Virus record (IMG/VR): IMGVR_UViG_3300025132_008330
Coordinates: 1 to 57,716 of that record
From: a virus
Taxonomy: Duplodnaviria; Caudoviricetes
Direction: 5' to 3' (one strand)
DNA: 57,716 nucleotides
The notes below the pieces were generated by a model. The model did no database searches. It saw nothing but the letters and a program-made list of their open reading frames with translations, and was not told the origin of the DNA. The number at the start of each line of letters is the position of its first letter. The first letter of the stretch is position 1. A program made the position numbers and the translations under genes. Positions 37,238 to 47,002 of this stretch are shown piece after piece.

Positions 37238-37918
37238 TTATATTTCTCCACGATCCCATTTCTTTTTAAATACTCTGTACCTAACTCTCATTTTATTTAG
37301 ATTGTTAACGACTTGTTTTGTGTTGAGACCTGTGATTTCTCTGATGTAAAAGTAAATGGCTTTTTTGTTGTAAATTTCTATGCAATCTGGGGAAGACAAT
37401 AGCATACGGACTGCTTCATATACTTTTTCTTCGTTGGGCTTCATTGTGATTGCTTTTTCCCAATGATTGATCTCGTTCCAAAGGTTCTGCCAAAATTCAA
37501 AGTCTTGCCTAGCGGCATCGTACTCATGTTCTACTGTTATCTTTGACATGTCAATGTTTTTTGGAAGGTCATCTATTTGAACTTCTCTTTTGTTACTTTG
37601 GTTTGTTTTTCTGACTTTATGAATAAACCAGTTTTTTGTGATTACTGAGAAGTAAGAAAAAGCTTTGGACCCTTTGTTTGGGTCATATTTGTCTAGAATA
37701 GTTGTAAGCCATATCTTGCATTCATCTTTTAATACTTCAATATTTGGAAGGGAAGTAAAGCGATAAGTGTAAATGATCTTATCAACCATCTCATTAAATG
37801 CTGGGGCTATGTACTCAATATACAAATCTGTTCTTATTTTTATATCATCTGTCTGTGCATATTGTACAATTGCGTCTTCATGAACTTTTGTAAAATATAG
37901 GTTCTTTTTTTTTGCCAT
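37238..37918 (-). CDS. Phage sigma-factor-like protein (gp55-like late sigma candidate)
   Basis: LDKYDPNKGSKAFSYFSVITKNWF resembles sigma70 region 2.2-2.3 (FDP.KG..F.TY). C-terminal IREITGLNTKQVVNNLNKMR is HTH-like. Confidence 0.65.
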   Translation of the reverse strand: MAKKKNLYFTKVHEDAIVQYAQTDDIKIRTDLYIEYIAPAFNEMVDKIIYTYRFTSLPNIEVLKDECKIWLTTILDKYDPNKGSKAFSYFSVITKNWFIHKVRKTNQSNKREVQIDDLPKNIDMSKITVEHEYDAARQDFEFWQNLWNEINHWEKAITMKPNEEKVYEAVRMLLSSPDCIEIYNKKAIYFYIREITGLNTKQVVNNLNKMRVRYRVFKKKWDRGEI

Positions 37919-37919
37919 A

Positions 37920-38228
37920 TTAGTCTAATTCTATTTCATTGATTTTGTCCATCCTTTCCTCTGTTAAGCTATAAACATCATTAAACTCTTTTACATGTTC
38001 AATAATTTGCCTAGAATGGACTATTAATTCTCTAATACTTGGCTCTCCATAATACATTTCCATTTCATACAATTGCTGCAAATGGTTCTGGTATGAAGCC
38101 AAGTCCTCCACTAAGTTTCCCATATTATCAGATACAGACAATAGATTACCTAGCATTTTTCGAATGTACCAAAGCAAAACACAATTAAGTGATATAGAAA
38201 TAACTAAAAAAATAATGAGAAGCATCAT
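37920..38228 (-). CDS. Small membrane-anchored hypothetical protein
   Basis: N-terminal hydrophobic helix MMLLIIFLVISISLNCVLLWY followed by a coiled-coil-like region. Confidence 0.7.
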   Translation of the reverse strand: MMLLIIFLVISISLNCVLLWYIRKMLGNLLSVSDNMGNLVEDLASYQNHLQQLYEMEMYYGEPSIRELIVHSRQIIEHVKEFNDVYSLTEERMDKINEIELD

Positions 38229-38464
38229 TTGTATTCTTCCCTCGCTTGTTTTTTATCATCAGTCAATTGTTGCTTTGCATCTTCTATGTGTTGTCTAACT
38301 ACATTTCCAGCACTATTTTTTTTAAAATATGTTGGCATAGAAGGCACCCTAGTTAGTTGATCCTCCGTCTCGCATATTTTGCAAATAGTTTCGATGCTTT
38401 TCATGGAATGAAATGCTTCAAAGTGCTCATCACACGCTTCGCAATGATAACAGTAGGTTGGCAT
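38225..38464 (-). CDS. FmdB-family zinc ribbon protein
   Basis: MPTYCYHCEACDEHFE...CKIC...LTRVPS matches the MPxYxYxCxxC...CxxC pattern. Confidence 0.85.
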   Translation of the reverse strand: MPTYCYHCEACDEHFEAFHSMKSIETICKICETEDQLTRVPSMPTYFKKNSAGNVVRQHIEDAKQQLTDDKKQAREEYK

Positions 38465-38668
38465 CTATTGTTCTTCGCCTTCCACTTCTTCGACTCCCAT
38501 CTTAAAAAGTGGTGGATTTTTAACAAAAAGTTGAGCTTCTGCCCCTTCTTCTTGCGTTGCGGATACGAATTCAAAACCTTTGAGAACTGGTACAATGTCT
38601 GTTTGTTCCAGAAGACTTTTTTGAAGAGCCATCATTACTGCTCCGACTGCTTGGTCTGACATGTTCAT
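38465..38668 (-). CDS. Hypothetical protein
   Basis: 67 aa ORF with AGGAG SD, tightly packed between neighbours. Confidence 0.7.
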   Translation of the reverse strand: MNMSDQAVGAVMMALQKSLLEQTDIVPVLKGFEFVSATQEEGAEAQLFVKNPPLFKMGVEEVEGEEQ

Positions 38669-38669
38669 T

Positions 38670-39674
38670 TTATTTTTCTCCTATTTCTTTTTTAAAATAT
38701 TCTAAGTCTGCCTCGAACATCATCTTAGCGAGACCTTCAAATGTGACTTCAGGCGTCCAGCCCAATTTTTCCCTTGCCTTTGTTGAGTCTCCAAGGAGAT
38801 AAGGTACCTCCTGTGGTCTAAAGAGCCTCGGGTCAATCTCCACATACTTATCGGCGCTTCCAAGACCTGCTTGGTCAAAAACTGCGTCTAAGAATTCTTT
38901 TACGGAGTGGGTCTCGCCTGTTGCGATAACATAATCATCTGCCTCTTCTTGCTGTAGCATCATCCACATGAGCTTTACATAGTCTCCAGCAAAGCCCCAA
39001 TCCCTCTTGGCGTCGAGATTTCCTAAAAATAATTTATCTTGAAGACCTAGTTTGATCCTAGCTGCGGCCATAGTAATCTTTCTAGTAACAAAAGTTTCAC
39101 CTCTTCTTGGTGATTCATGATTAAAAAGAATACCACTACAGGCGTATTGATTGTATGACATTCTATAGTTTCTTACGAGGTTATGAGCGAAAACCTTAGC
39201 GCAAGCATATGGAGATGCTGGCATAAGGGTCGACTCTTCATTAAAAGGATATTTGGGATTATCCCCATACATTTCTGAGGAAGATGCTTGATATATCTTA
39301 CACTCTGGCACTAGCTCTTTCGCTGCATTAAGCAACCTTAGTGTCCCCATAGCAATACCATCTACAGTATGCTCTGACAAATCAAAAGAAACTCTGACAT
39401 GTGATTGTGCTGCTAAATTGTAGATCTCGTCGGGCTTATACTTATTGATCAAGGACCACATACAACCAGCATCGTTGAGGTCAAAATACTCTAATATAAA
39501 GTTTTTATTTGAAAAAAGGTGGTCGACCCTATCGGTACAAATTAGGGAGGTTCTTCTTTTTAATCCCACCACCTTATAGTCTTTTTCCAGCAAAAGCTCG
39601 GCGAGATATGAACCATCTTGACCAGTAATGCCTGTGATAATAGCAACTTTATTTGCTTTTTTTGTACCACTCAT
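38670..39674 (-). CDS. gmd: GDP-mannose 4,6-dehydratase
   Basis: [76 protein letters not shown]. Confidence 0.95.
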   Translation of the reverse strand: MSGTKKANKVAIITGITGQDGSYLAELLLEKDYKVVGLKRRTSLICTDRVDHLFSNKNFILEYFDLNDAGCMWSLINKYKPDEIYNLAAQSHVRVSFDLSEHTVDGIAMGTLRLLNAAKELVPECKIYQASSSEMYGDNPKYPFNEESTLMPASPYACAKVFAHNLVRNYRMSYNQYACSGILFNHESPRRGETFVTRKITMAAARIKLGLQDKLFLGNLDAKRDWGFAGDYVKLMWMMLQQEEADDYVIATGETHSVKEFLDAVFDQAGLGSADKYVEIDPRLFRPQEVPYLLGDSTKAREKLGWTPEVTFEGLAKMMFEADLEYFKKEIGEK

Positions 39675-40548
39675 AAGTTTTTAAAACTCCATTTTCAAAT
39701 TTAGTAAATTCAAAATCGCCATACAGTTCTTTGAATTTTTTATTAGATCCGTCTTTTCTATATTGACCATCTAACTTATTATTAAACACTATTTTAACAT
39801 CTTTTTCTACATTGTTTAAAAAGATTTCTATCATTTCTTTTATCGACAAGTTTTGATCAGGAGATATGATTAGGGGCACATCGGTGCTGTGGTTGTCTAA
39901 GAGAAAAGGGATTATTCTCACTAAATCATCGACATATAATTGTTGCCTCAGAGGGCTTCCAGAGCCCCAAAATTCAACTGTATCTCCGTCGTGTGCTTCA
40001 TGTATCTTTCTTATCATGGCAGGTACGAAGTGCGAGCTTTCTAGATCAAAGTTGTCATTTGGTCCATATATATTCGATGGACAAAATGTAGAATAATTTA
40101 CTCCATATTGCTGCCTATAAGCATTTGTTTGCACCAATAAAGCTCTTTTTGTATATCCATAAGTAAAATTTGTTTTAGCCGGGGGACCTGCTAGTATATC
40201 CTCTTCAATAAACGGATAAGAGCTTACAGTATCTGGAAATGAGCAAGTACTTAAGCAGGATAAAACTCGGTTAATTCCTGCTTTGTGGGCGGCTTTAAGA
40301 ACATTTGTGTTTATATATGTGTTTGTGTCGTAAAACTCTGCTTGCTTTGTTGAATTTTCTTTTATTCCTCCAACTTTGTTAGCAAGATGCAATATTGCAT
40401 CGGGCTTAAGATCTGAAAATAGTTCGTATGTGCTATCAAAATTTGAAAGATTACAGTCTTTTGAGGATAAATATTTCCAGTCTGGGTTTTTAATCTTTAG
40501 CCTAGTTCCGACAAAGCCAGAACCCCCTGTTACCAAAACATTTTTCAT
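39649..40548 (-). CDS. fcl: GDP-L-fucose synthase-like epimerase/reductase
   Basis: [56 protein letters not shown]. Adjacent to gmd. Confidence 0.85.
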   Translation of the reverse strand: MKNVLVTGGSGFVGTRLKIKNPDWKYLSSKDCNLSNFDSTYELFSDLKPDAILHLANKVGGIKENSTKQAEFYDTNTYINTNVLKAAHKAGINRVLSCLSTCSFPDTVSSYPFIEEDILAGPPAKTNFTYGYTKRALLVQTNAYRQQYGVNYSTFCPSNIYGPNDNFDLESSHFVPAMIRKIHEAHDGDTVEFWGSGSPLRQQLYVDDLVRIIPFLLDNHSTDVPLIISPDQNLSIKEMIEIFLNNVEKDVKIVFNNKLDGQYRKDGSNKKFKELYGDFEFTKFENGVLKTYEWYKKSK

Positions 40549-40555
40549 ATATTTA

Positions 40556-41134
40556 TTATGCCCTAAGAGGAGAATTTGCCATTCTCTTCTTTTCTTGATT
40601 AATCGATGGGCAGTGGTTGCCAGTTTGGTGAATCATTTCATAGAAAAGCATCATTGTCATAACTTCGACAGTGTGAAAATAATCACAACCATACACCAAT
40701 TCTTTTATATTTTGTTTTAGTTTTTTAGACTTTTGACCACTCATCATATGAGTTGCAAATCCCTTTTCATCACCCCAATGTAGGGCATTGATGATATTGG
40801 TAGAATTACCAGAGCATGACATACCTACGATTAGGCACTCGCTTGGGTCTTCTACCATAGCTGTAGTTTCTAGCCATCTTTCAAAGATATGCTCATACCC
40901 ATGATCATTAGCATTAGAGGTTATAAAACCAACATTATCAAAAGAATAACAAGTCTTGTCAGGAATCAGTCTGGACATGTCGGTGGACATATGGCTGGCG
41001 ACATAATGCAGCCCACCATTACCTATCAAAAAAATCTTTTTGGCGGCTTTGATAGAGTCAACTAATTCAGCATAACCCTCAGATTCGATAATTTCATAAG
41101 TTTTCTTTTCAATATTTTCAAAATCTATCATCAT
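40556..41134 (-). CDS. SIS-domain sugar-phosphate isomerase (GmhA-like)
   Basis: IFLIGNGG...ASHM..D, ANDHGYEHIF, GMSCSGNSTNII. Confidence 0.8.
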   Translation of the reverse strand: MMIDFENIEKKTYEIIESEGYAELVDSIKAAKKIFLIGNGGLHYVASHMSTDMSRLIPDKTCYSFDNVGFITSNANDHGYEHIFERWLETTAMVEDPSECLIVGMSCSGNSTNIINALHWGDEKGFATHMMSGQKSKKLKQNIKELVYGCDYFHTVEVMTMMLFYEMIHQTGNHCPSINQEKKRMANSPLRA

Positions 41135-41135
41135 T

Positions 41136-42299
41136 TTACATTACCTCTTTTATTGTCGACAGAGCTATTGTAGCATCTTCTTTGTTCAAACTTAAGCTTG
41201 GTCTAATTCTAATTGATCGAGTTCCAGTTGGATTTGTTAGTACGCCTGAATTAAATAATCTTTTGGCAAACGAATCTCTTAATTCTTGAGTTTTTAAATC
41301 AAAAGCCATTATCAATCCTTTGTTCCTAAAGTTTTGTATATTGCTATTCTGGTTCATAAGATCTTTTATGTATTTTGAAATTAAGTTTACATTTTCTAAT
41401 ATATTATAATTTTTATAAGCCTCCATAATATATTTGCACCTAATCATATCTAAAATATCAGAATTCCATGTTACAGCTAATTTTGTAATATTGTTTTTAT
41501 GAAATATTTTACCAAACTTATCTTGTACCATTATTCCAGAAACCTGAGTTTTCTTTCCAAACACAACAATATCTGGATTGAATCCTAAGTGTTCAAAGAA
41601 CCATAGCTTTCCTGTTGCTCCGAAGCCAACCTGTATTTCATCAAAGATCAGCGGCACATCGTATTGTTCCGTTAGTGCCCTTAGCTTTATAAGAAAGTCA
41701 TAATCCATGTGGAGATCTCCAACGCTGCATTGTATTGGTTCGACGACAACGCAAGTTATATCTCCTGCCTTGAGATGCTCTTCAGTTTTGTTCAAATCCG
41801 CAGCAACCTTGATTGAAAATGGTTCAGGAAAGCTATTGAGCTTCTGATCTGCGGGCCAGAATCTGGATGTTATAAAGCCGCCATAACTATTGATGCCGTG
41901 AAAACTATTATCAAAAGAAAGTATTTTTGGATTTGAGTGACCCTTGTATTCTATTGAAGTCTTAATAGCTGCTTCCACAGCCAAAGCACCAGTGCAACAA
42001 TAATGAAAGTATTTATAAACTCCTTTGCCTGCATAATCCTGAAATAGACTGTCGAACTCCAGTGCTGCATCGGTTATAAATTCGCAGTTATTAACCTTAA
42101 ATGTCGAAGCCTGTAGGATTTCTTTTTTAAATTGTTCGGTTTTAAATATGTCGTGATTGTATCCTAGAGGAAGAGATGCGTACATGCCAAACAAATCTAA
42201 ATACTGTCTGTCAGTATTCTTGTCATATATGTAAGACCCATGGCTTTTATCAAAGTCTATATGTATGTTAAATCTAGTATTTACTGCAAAATTTCTCAC
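41136..42299 (-). CDS. Class III PLP aminotransferase (L-lysine epsilon-aminotransferase-like)
   Basis: GSYIYD...YLD, TGALAVEAAIK, SFHG, EPIQ, IFDEIQVGFGATG, FGKK. Start placed at GTG 42299, overlapping the upstream TGA. Confidence 0.85.
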   Translation of the reverse strand: MRNFAVNTRFNIHIDFDKSHGSYIYDKNTDRQYLDLFGMYASLPLGYNHDIFKTEQFKKEILQASTFKVNNCEFITDAALEFDSLFQDYAGKGVYKYFHYCCTGALAVEAAIKTSIEYKGHSNPKILSFDNSFHGINSYGGFITSRFWPADQKLNSFPEPFSIKVAADLNKTEEHLKAGDITCVVVEPIQCSVGDLHMDYDFLIKLRALTEQYDVPLIFDEIQVGFGATGKLWFFEHLGFNPDIVVFGKKTQVSGIMVQDKFGKIFHKNNITKLAVTWNSDILDMIRCKYIMEAYKNYNILENVNLISKYIKDLMNQNSNIQNFRNKGLIMAFDLKTQELRDSFAKRLFNSGVLTNPTGTRSIRIRPSLSLNKEDATIALSTIKEVM

Positions 42300-42676
42300 A
42301 TCACTTCCTTGAGTGCAGAATTCCAATCAACAAACCTAATCGCCTTGTCGTCAATATAGTATACAGCTCTTGGTTTTTCCGCTGTGACATCTTCAACATA
42401 CTGGTCCATGTCATACTTCTTAAGCCACTCCCAAATCAATTCAACTCCAGTTTTGCCACCTATTAGCATTCTATCTTCTCTTGCCTTAGCACTAAAGACA
42501 ATGATTTTATATTTTTTACTTAGGGCTATCAAAGCATCTCGGGATCCCGGAATTGGGTCATCATAGACAGTGCCGTCATAAAATCCTTTCGAATTTGCAT
42601 GAATAACCCCGTCAAAATCTACGCCAATTTGATAAGTTTCGTCTTCAAAGGAATGTTGTCTAATTTTTTCAGCCAT
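42296..42676 (-). CDS. Small capless HAD-family phosphatase
   Basis: VDFDGVI motif I, FSA motif II, KPRAVYYIDDKA motifs III/IV. Confidence 0.8.
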   Translation of the reverse strand: MAEKIRQHSFEDETYQIGVDFDGVIHANSKGFYDGTVYDDPIPGSRDALIALSKKYKIIVFSAKAREDRMLIGGKTGVELIWEWLKKYDMDQYVEDVTAEKPRAVYYIDDKAIRFVDWNSALKEVM

Positions 42677-42677
42677 A

Positions 42678-43805
42678 CTAGTTTTCTCCGGGGTAAATGT
42701 GATCTACATCTTCACGACTAACAGCTAGTCTTATTGCCTGCTGATTGCCAATGGCTGTGATTTTATGTTTTTTAAACCTTTCAATAAAAACAACATCTCC
42801 TTCTTTTACAGTCAAGTCTCGACCCTCCACATGCCATTTCCACTCCCCTTTCATTATGAGCCACCACTCATCCCACTCAGAGTGATAATGAAGTCTGTTG
42901 CCCTCTCCCGGCATTTGTGCAATCAAAGTAGCGCAGGTTGATGGAGAGTTTATAAGAGTGTGAGACCAACACACATCTGTTGGATTATTTTCAATGATCT
43001 CTCTAGCTGATACAACTTCTTTGTTAAAGTTAAACATGTTGTTGTTTGTGACTCCATCCTCCAGCAACACTCTGAGTCTATCGGCATCAAATACTTCATC
43101 ACTGTTATAGTACATTGGATCATCATTTGATTTTTGAATCGACCTTGCAACTGCCTCTGCTAATTGAAAATCTTCTTCATTATCAATGTCTACCGTAGAA
43201 AATCCGCTCAACTCAAAAAAATGAATACTACCTTCACCTCCATGATAAGCACAATTGTATTTCTCCATATTACTTAAGTAATTATCTTTTTTCCAACCCA
43301 TTAAACCGCATGCGTATGGCTTAATTGGTTCCAGATCTTGGGATGGAGGAGTTATCTTTTTTTGATCAAAATTTATTGGCGATCCGTTATAAACACATTC
43401 TATTTGTTGGTTAAACACCGATATCATAGTGTCAGCGCCCACTCTGTGCATTGTTCTTGTAAAGTCTCTTATTTCCTCCGGTGTTATGAAAGGAGAAGTC
43501 GGAAGTAATTGGACTAAAGTTTCACATTCCGTATTGTCTAAAAAATCATGTGTAAAATGATCATTAGTGGCTGAATCTGTAGAATATTGCTCAGGGCGTT
43601 TATAAAATTTTACTCCTTCCCTTTGTGCAATTTCTCCAATAATATCTGATTCTGAGTTAACATATATGTCATCGAAGCAATTTGCTTCTTTCGCAGCCCT
43701 AATAATGTAGCTGATCAAAGGTATACCGTTTAAAAGACGGATGTTTTTTTTTGGAACTCTTTTGCTACCAAGGCGAGCGGGAATCATAGCTATAGTTTTT
43801 GACAT
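42678..43805 (-). CDS. Acylneuraminate/ulosonate cytidylyltransferase (NeuA/KdsB-like) fused to a C-terminal cupin
   Basis: IPARLGSKRVPKKNIRLL.G.PLI, LPTSPF, DIDNEEDF. C-terminal GEGNRLHYH...DEWW...G...HKI cupin motifs. Confidence 0.9.
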   Translation of the reverse strand: MSKTIAMIPARLGSKRVPKKNIRLLNGIPLISYIIRAAKEANCFDDIYVNSESDIIGEIAQREGVKFYKRPEQYSTDSATNDHFTHDFLDNTECETLVQLLPTSPFITPEEIRDFTRTMHRVGADTMISVFNQQIECVYNGSPINFDQKKITPPSQDLEPIKPYACGLMGWKKDNYLSNMEKYNCAYHGGEGSIHFFELSGFSTVDIDNEEDFQLAEAVARSIQKSNDDPMYYNSDEVFDADRLRVLLEDGVTNNNMFNFNKEVVSAREIIENNPTDVCWSHTLINSPSTCATLIAQMPGEGNRLHYHSEWDEWWLIMKGEWKWHVEGRDLTVKEGDVVFIERFKKHKITAIGNQQAIRLAVSREDVDHIYPGEN

Positions 43806-44695
43806 TATTTATTTCCTTTATATTTGTTCTCTATAAATTTAACAGATTTTGAAAAATTTTCAAGTAAAAAATCATCTAATTTTAATTTTCTCATGTAATG
43901 ATATGCTATAATTTTATGAAAATAATCTATTTGAGGCTGTTGGTGATGAATATCCATTCTAAGATCTTTTACAATTGGAGTATTGTCAATTGCAGATGTT
44001 CGGAAGTTTCCCCCCTTTAGAGCTGCATCTTGGTAAGTGTCACCATACACTTTTCCAAATTGGTTCATGTTAAAGAATGTCATACCGGTTACATAAAGCT
44101 CTTTTACATCATAGTTTAAAAGAGTAATTATGCCAGTTAGACCCGTATTACAGGTTGTGCCAACTTCTCTAAACACTTTAAACAAATATCCATCACAGAC
44201 ATTGTGCCATGGTTGACCAATCTCGTCTAGAAAATCATGCACTCTCTGAATATCCCACATCGATACCATTGGGCAAACAATATATTTCATTGATTTTGCA
44301 AATTCTATATTTTGCTTTAGTGCATTAATTTTAATGATGTTCATGCAATTAACTAAAACATCTGTTCTCCTGCCATAATCATTCCAATCTTTTTCAGGCA
44401 TATGATAAGCTTGATTAACCCTAACAACAATATCATATGAATCTATTTTTTCTCCAAGACCTAAACCTTGAAGATGCGGAGAAGGGCAAACATATGCTAC
44501 CCTCTTTCCCTTTAAAAAATTAGCCAGATTTTTATCGTAATTGTAATCCTTAAACTGAGAAACAAACGGACCTCTTGAGCTAAGATCTCTCAATTGTTGC
44601 TCTGGGGTTGGAGTCGATGATCGCCATTTTGCAAGATTTTTTGACAAAGGGATGTTTATTATGTTTGGCTCGCAATCGCCATACCAATTAGACAT
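43805..44695 (-). CDS. GT29 (sialyltransferase-like) glycosyltransferase
   Basis: RVAYVCPSPHLQGLGLGEKIDSYDIVVRVN...DYGRRTD resembles sialylmotif L. NTGLTGIITLLNYDVKELYVTGMTFF resembles sialylmotif S. Late HHQQPQ. Start placed at ATG 44695 (MSNW). Confidence 0.7.
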   Translation of the reverse strand: MSNWYGDCEPNIINIPLSKNLAKWRSSTPTPEQQLRDLSSRGPFVSQFKDYNYDKNLANFLKGKRVAYVCPSPHLQGLGLGEKIDSYDIVVRVNQAYHMPEKDWNDYGRRTDVLVNCMNIIKINALKQNIEFAKSMKYIVCPMVSMWDIQRVHDFLDEIGQPWHNVCDGYLFKVFREVGTTCNTGLTGIITLLNYDVKELYVTGMTFFNMNQFGKVYGDTYQDAALKGGNFRTSAIDNTPIVKDLRMDIHHQQPQIDYFHKIIAYHYMRKLKLDDFLLENFSKSVKFIENKYKGNK

Positions 44696-44699
44696 TATA

Positions 44700-45650
44700 T
44701 TACCACACAAACTTGTTTTTATAATACTCTACTATGCTTTGGATTTCTTGGTTGAATTTCCTCATTGTGTGCCAACCTAAAGACTGTAGTTTGTTATCAT
44801 CAACAGAATATCTAACATCTTGACCCTGCCTAGAATAAGAAAAGTCTACATATTTTTCTAAGTCAGCCACATCATGCCCATAGCATTCAACAATTTTCTT
44901 GACAGTATCAATATTTTTTTGGTCTTCGTGACCCGAAATATTATAAATCTCATTAAGTTTTCCACTTTCTATGATTTTTATAACTGCTTCGGCTGTGTCA
45001 TCAGCGTGAAGCCAACACCTATATGGCTCTCCACCGTTATGTAAACAAGTTTTCCTATCACGATTAAGGTTTTTTACAGTCAAAGGTATTAGCTTCTCTG
45101 GATATTGACCGATTCCATAATTATTCGCTGGTCTTACAATGACATATTCCAAATCATATGTCCTTGCCCAAGCCAAAACAAGCATATCTGCTGCCGCTTT
45201 GGACGCAGAATAAGGATTACTAGGCTTTAAAAGGTCATCTTCTTTGTGAGAGCCATGAATAATGTCTCCATACACCTCATCAGTGCTAAAATGTAAGAAA
45301 ACTGGTCTTTTTCCTACATTTTTTTGCTTGCTCCTGATTAATTCTAGGAGATTTTTAGTCCCCAAGACATTAGTTTCAAGGAATTTATCGCTACTAACAA
45401 TACTATTGGCAACATGTGACTCTGCTGCTGTGTTTATTACATAATCACAGTCATACAGATGGTTCAAATCTTTAATATCAGCCTTCTCAAACCTAAAATT
45501 TGAATGTTTTGAGAACTCTTCAATCAGATCTGTGTTGGCTGCATAGGTGCATTTGTCAATTCCATAGACCATCCACCCTTTTTCAAGACATTTTCTGGTA
45601 ACATAGGAGCCAATAAACCCCAAGCAGCCGGTAACATAGACTATTTTCAT
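44700..45650 (-). CDS. rfbB: dTDP-glucose 4,6-dehydratase-like SDR
   Basis: TGCLGFIG, DKCTYAAN, AAESHV, STDEVYGD, PSNPYSASKAAAD, NNYG..QYPEKLIP, R.GQDVRY. Confidence 0.85.
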   Translation of the reverse strand: MKIVYVTGCLGFIGSYVTRKCLEKGWMVYGIDKCTYAANTDLIEEFSKHSNFRFEKADIKDLNHLYDCDYVINTAAESHVANSIVSSDKFLETNVLGTKNLLELIRSKQKNVGKRPVFLHFSTDEVYGDIIHGSHKEDDLLKPSNPYSASKAAADMLVLAWARTYDLEYVIVRPANNYGIGQYPEKLIPLTVKNLNRDRKTCLHNGGEPYRCWLHADDTAEAVIKIIESGKLNEIYNISGHEDQKNIDTVKKIVECYGHDVADLEKYVDFSYSRQGQDVRYSVDDNKLQSLGWHTMRKFNQEIQSIVEYYKNKFVW

Positions 45651-47002
45651 GCTTTTTCCTCGAAGAATTTATCAACAATTTCCTTAATATAAGCCAATTT
45701 TTCGTCGTCAATACCGATAAATGTACCTAAAAAGAAAGAATTAAATGTCGCTTTGTGTGCAATTGGAAATTGACCTTGAAGATCCTCATAATTTTTAGCA
45801 ATATGTTGGTATCCGGGGTGATAAAGGATATTTCCAGAGAAGTATGATCTAGTTTGGATCTTGTTGCTTTCCAAATGGTTAATGAAGTCCATTCTAGTAA
45901 AACCAGAACCTTCTTTTAGCGTAAGAAGATACCCAAACCAACTTGGATCTGCCTTATCTGTGGCGACCGGCAAGTGAAAATATTTCTCGTAAGGCTTAAA
46001 AATTTCAGTCATTTTATCAAAATTAACCTTTCTTGCCTCGTGGAAATCATGCAGCTTTTTTAGCTGCTCAAGACCAATAGCTGCTTGCAGGTCTAGAGGC
46101 TTTAGATTGTATCCGATTTCATCAAAAACATATCTATGATCGTAATTTGCTCCGGGTGCGCCGGGGAGCCAGTCACCAAATCTATTACCACAAGCAGTTC
46201 CGGATGTAACATTTCCGGGCATGGATGTGTTGCAATAACAAGCCCTACCCCAGTCTCTAAAACTAGCTAAAATTTGTCTTAGTTTTCCTGAGCTTGTAGC
46301 TACAAATCCTCCCTCACCCATGGTCATGTGGTGTGCTGGAAAGAATGAGCAGGTTGATATGTCCCCATAAGACCCCAACTTCTTGCCATCATAGGACGAC
46401 CCAAGAGCATCACAAGCATCTTCAAGAAAAACAAGATTATGTTTTTCTACCAAAGCCATTAGCCTATCCATATTAGGAGGATTGCCGAGAACATGTGCAA
46501 AGCAAATTCCTCTGATTTCAGAGTTCTTGTCTTCTTCCAGAAGCCTTTCTACTTGATCCAAGTCTAAGTTAAGGTCTGGCAGAGTTACATCTACAAACAC
46601 TGGCTCGAAGCCGCATTGAATAAGGGGGTTAATCGTTGTCGGAAAACAGACAATGGGTGTAATAAATTTGGAACCCTTCTGTAAATTCCATTTTTTCTTC
46701 ACATATCTATCTTTACTTGTTAAAGCTGCGACCATAAGTAGATTTGCCGAACTGCCTGAATTCGTCAAAATGCCAGCTTTTTTTCCAAGCTCTTGGGCAA
46801 ATTCAAGTTCGAATTTTCTAGCCTGCTGACCGTAAATAAGCCAACCTGAAAGTAATGTTTCAATTGCCGCTTTATATTCGTTTTGATCAAATACAGGTCC
46901 AGAATACGCCAACCAGTCTTCGCCAGCTTTCCATTCTTTGCTGTTTTTGTCTTCTACATATTCTTCAACAAGATCAAGTATTTCTTTTAATTTTTCAGAC
47001 AT
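45647..47002 (-). CDS. rfbH: NDP-4-keto-6-deoxyglucose 3-dehydratase (RfbH/DdhC, E1)
   Basis: NSGSSANLL, FPTTINP, AHVLGNP, EDACDALGS, SFFPAHHMTMGEGG (His in place of the PLP Lys), RDWGRACYC...C Fe-S cysteines, YDHRY, GYNLKP. Confidence 0.9.
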   Translation of the reverse strand: MSEKLKEILDLVEEYVEDKNSKEWKAGEDWLAYSGPVFDQNEYKAAIETLLSGWLIYGQQARKFELEFAQELGKKAGILTNSGSSANLLMVAALTSKDRYVKKKWNLQKGSKFITPIVCFPTTINPLIQCGFEPVFVDVTLPDLNLDLDQVERLLEEDKNSEIRGICFAHVLGNPPNMDRLMALVEKHNLVFLEDACDALGSSYDGKKLGSYGDISTCSFFPAHHMTMGEGGFVATSSGKLRQILASFRDWGRACYCNTSMPGNVTSGTACGNRFGDWLPGAPGANYDHRYVFDEIGYNLKPLDLQAAIGLEQLKKLHDFHEARKVNFDKMTEIFKPYEKYFHLPVATDKADPSWFGYLLTLKEGSGFTRMDFINHLESNKIQTRSYFSGNILYHPGYQHIAKNYEDLQGQFPIAHKATFNSFFLGTFIGIDDEKLAYIKEIVDKFFEEKA

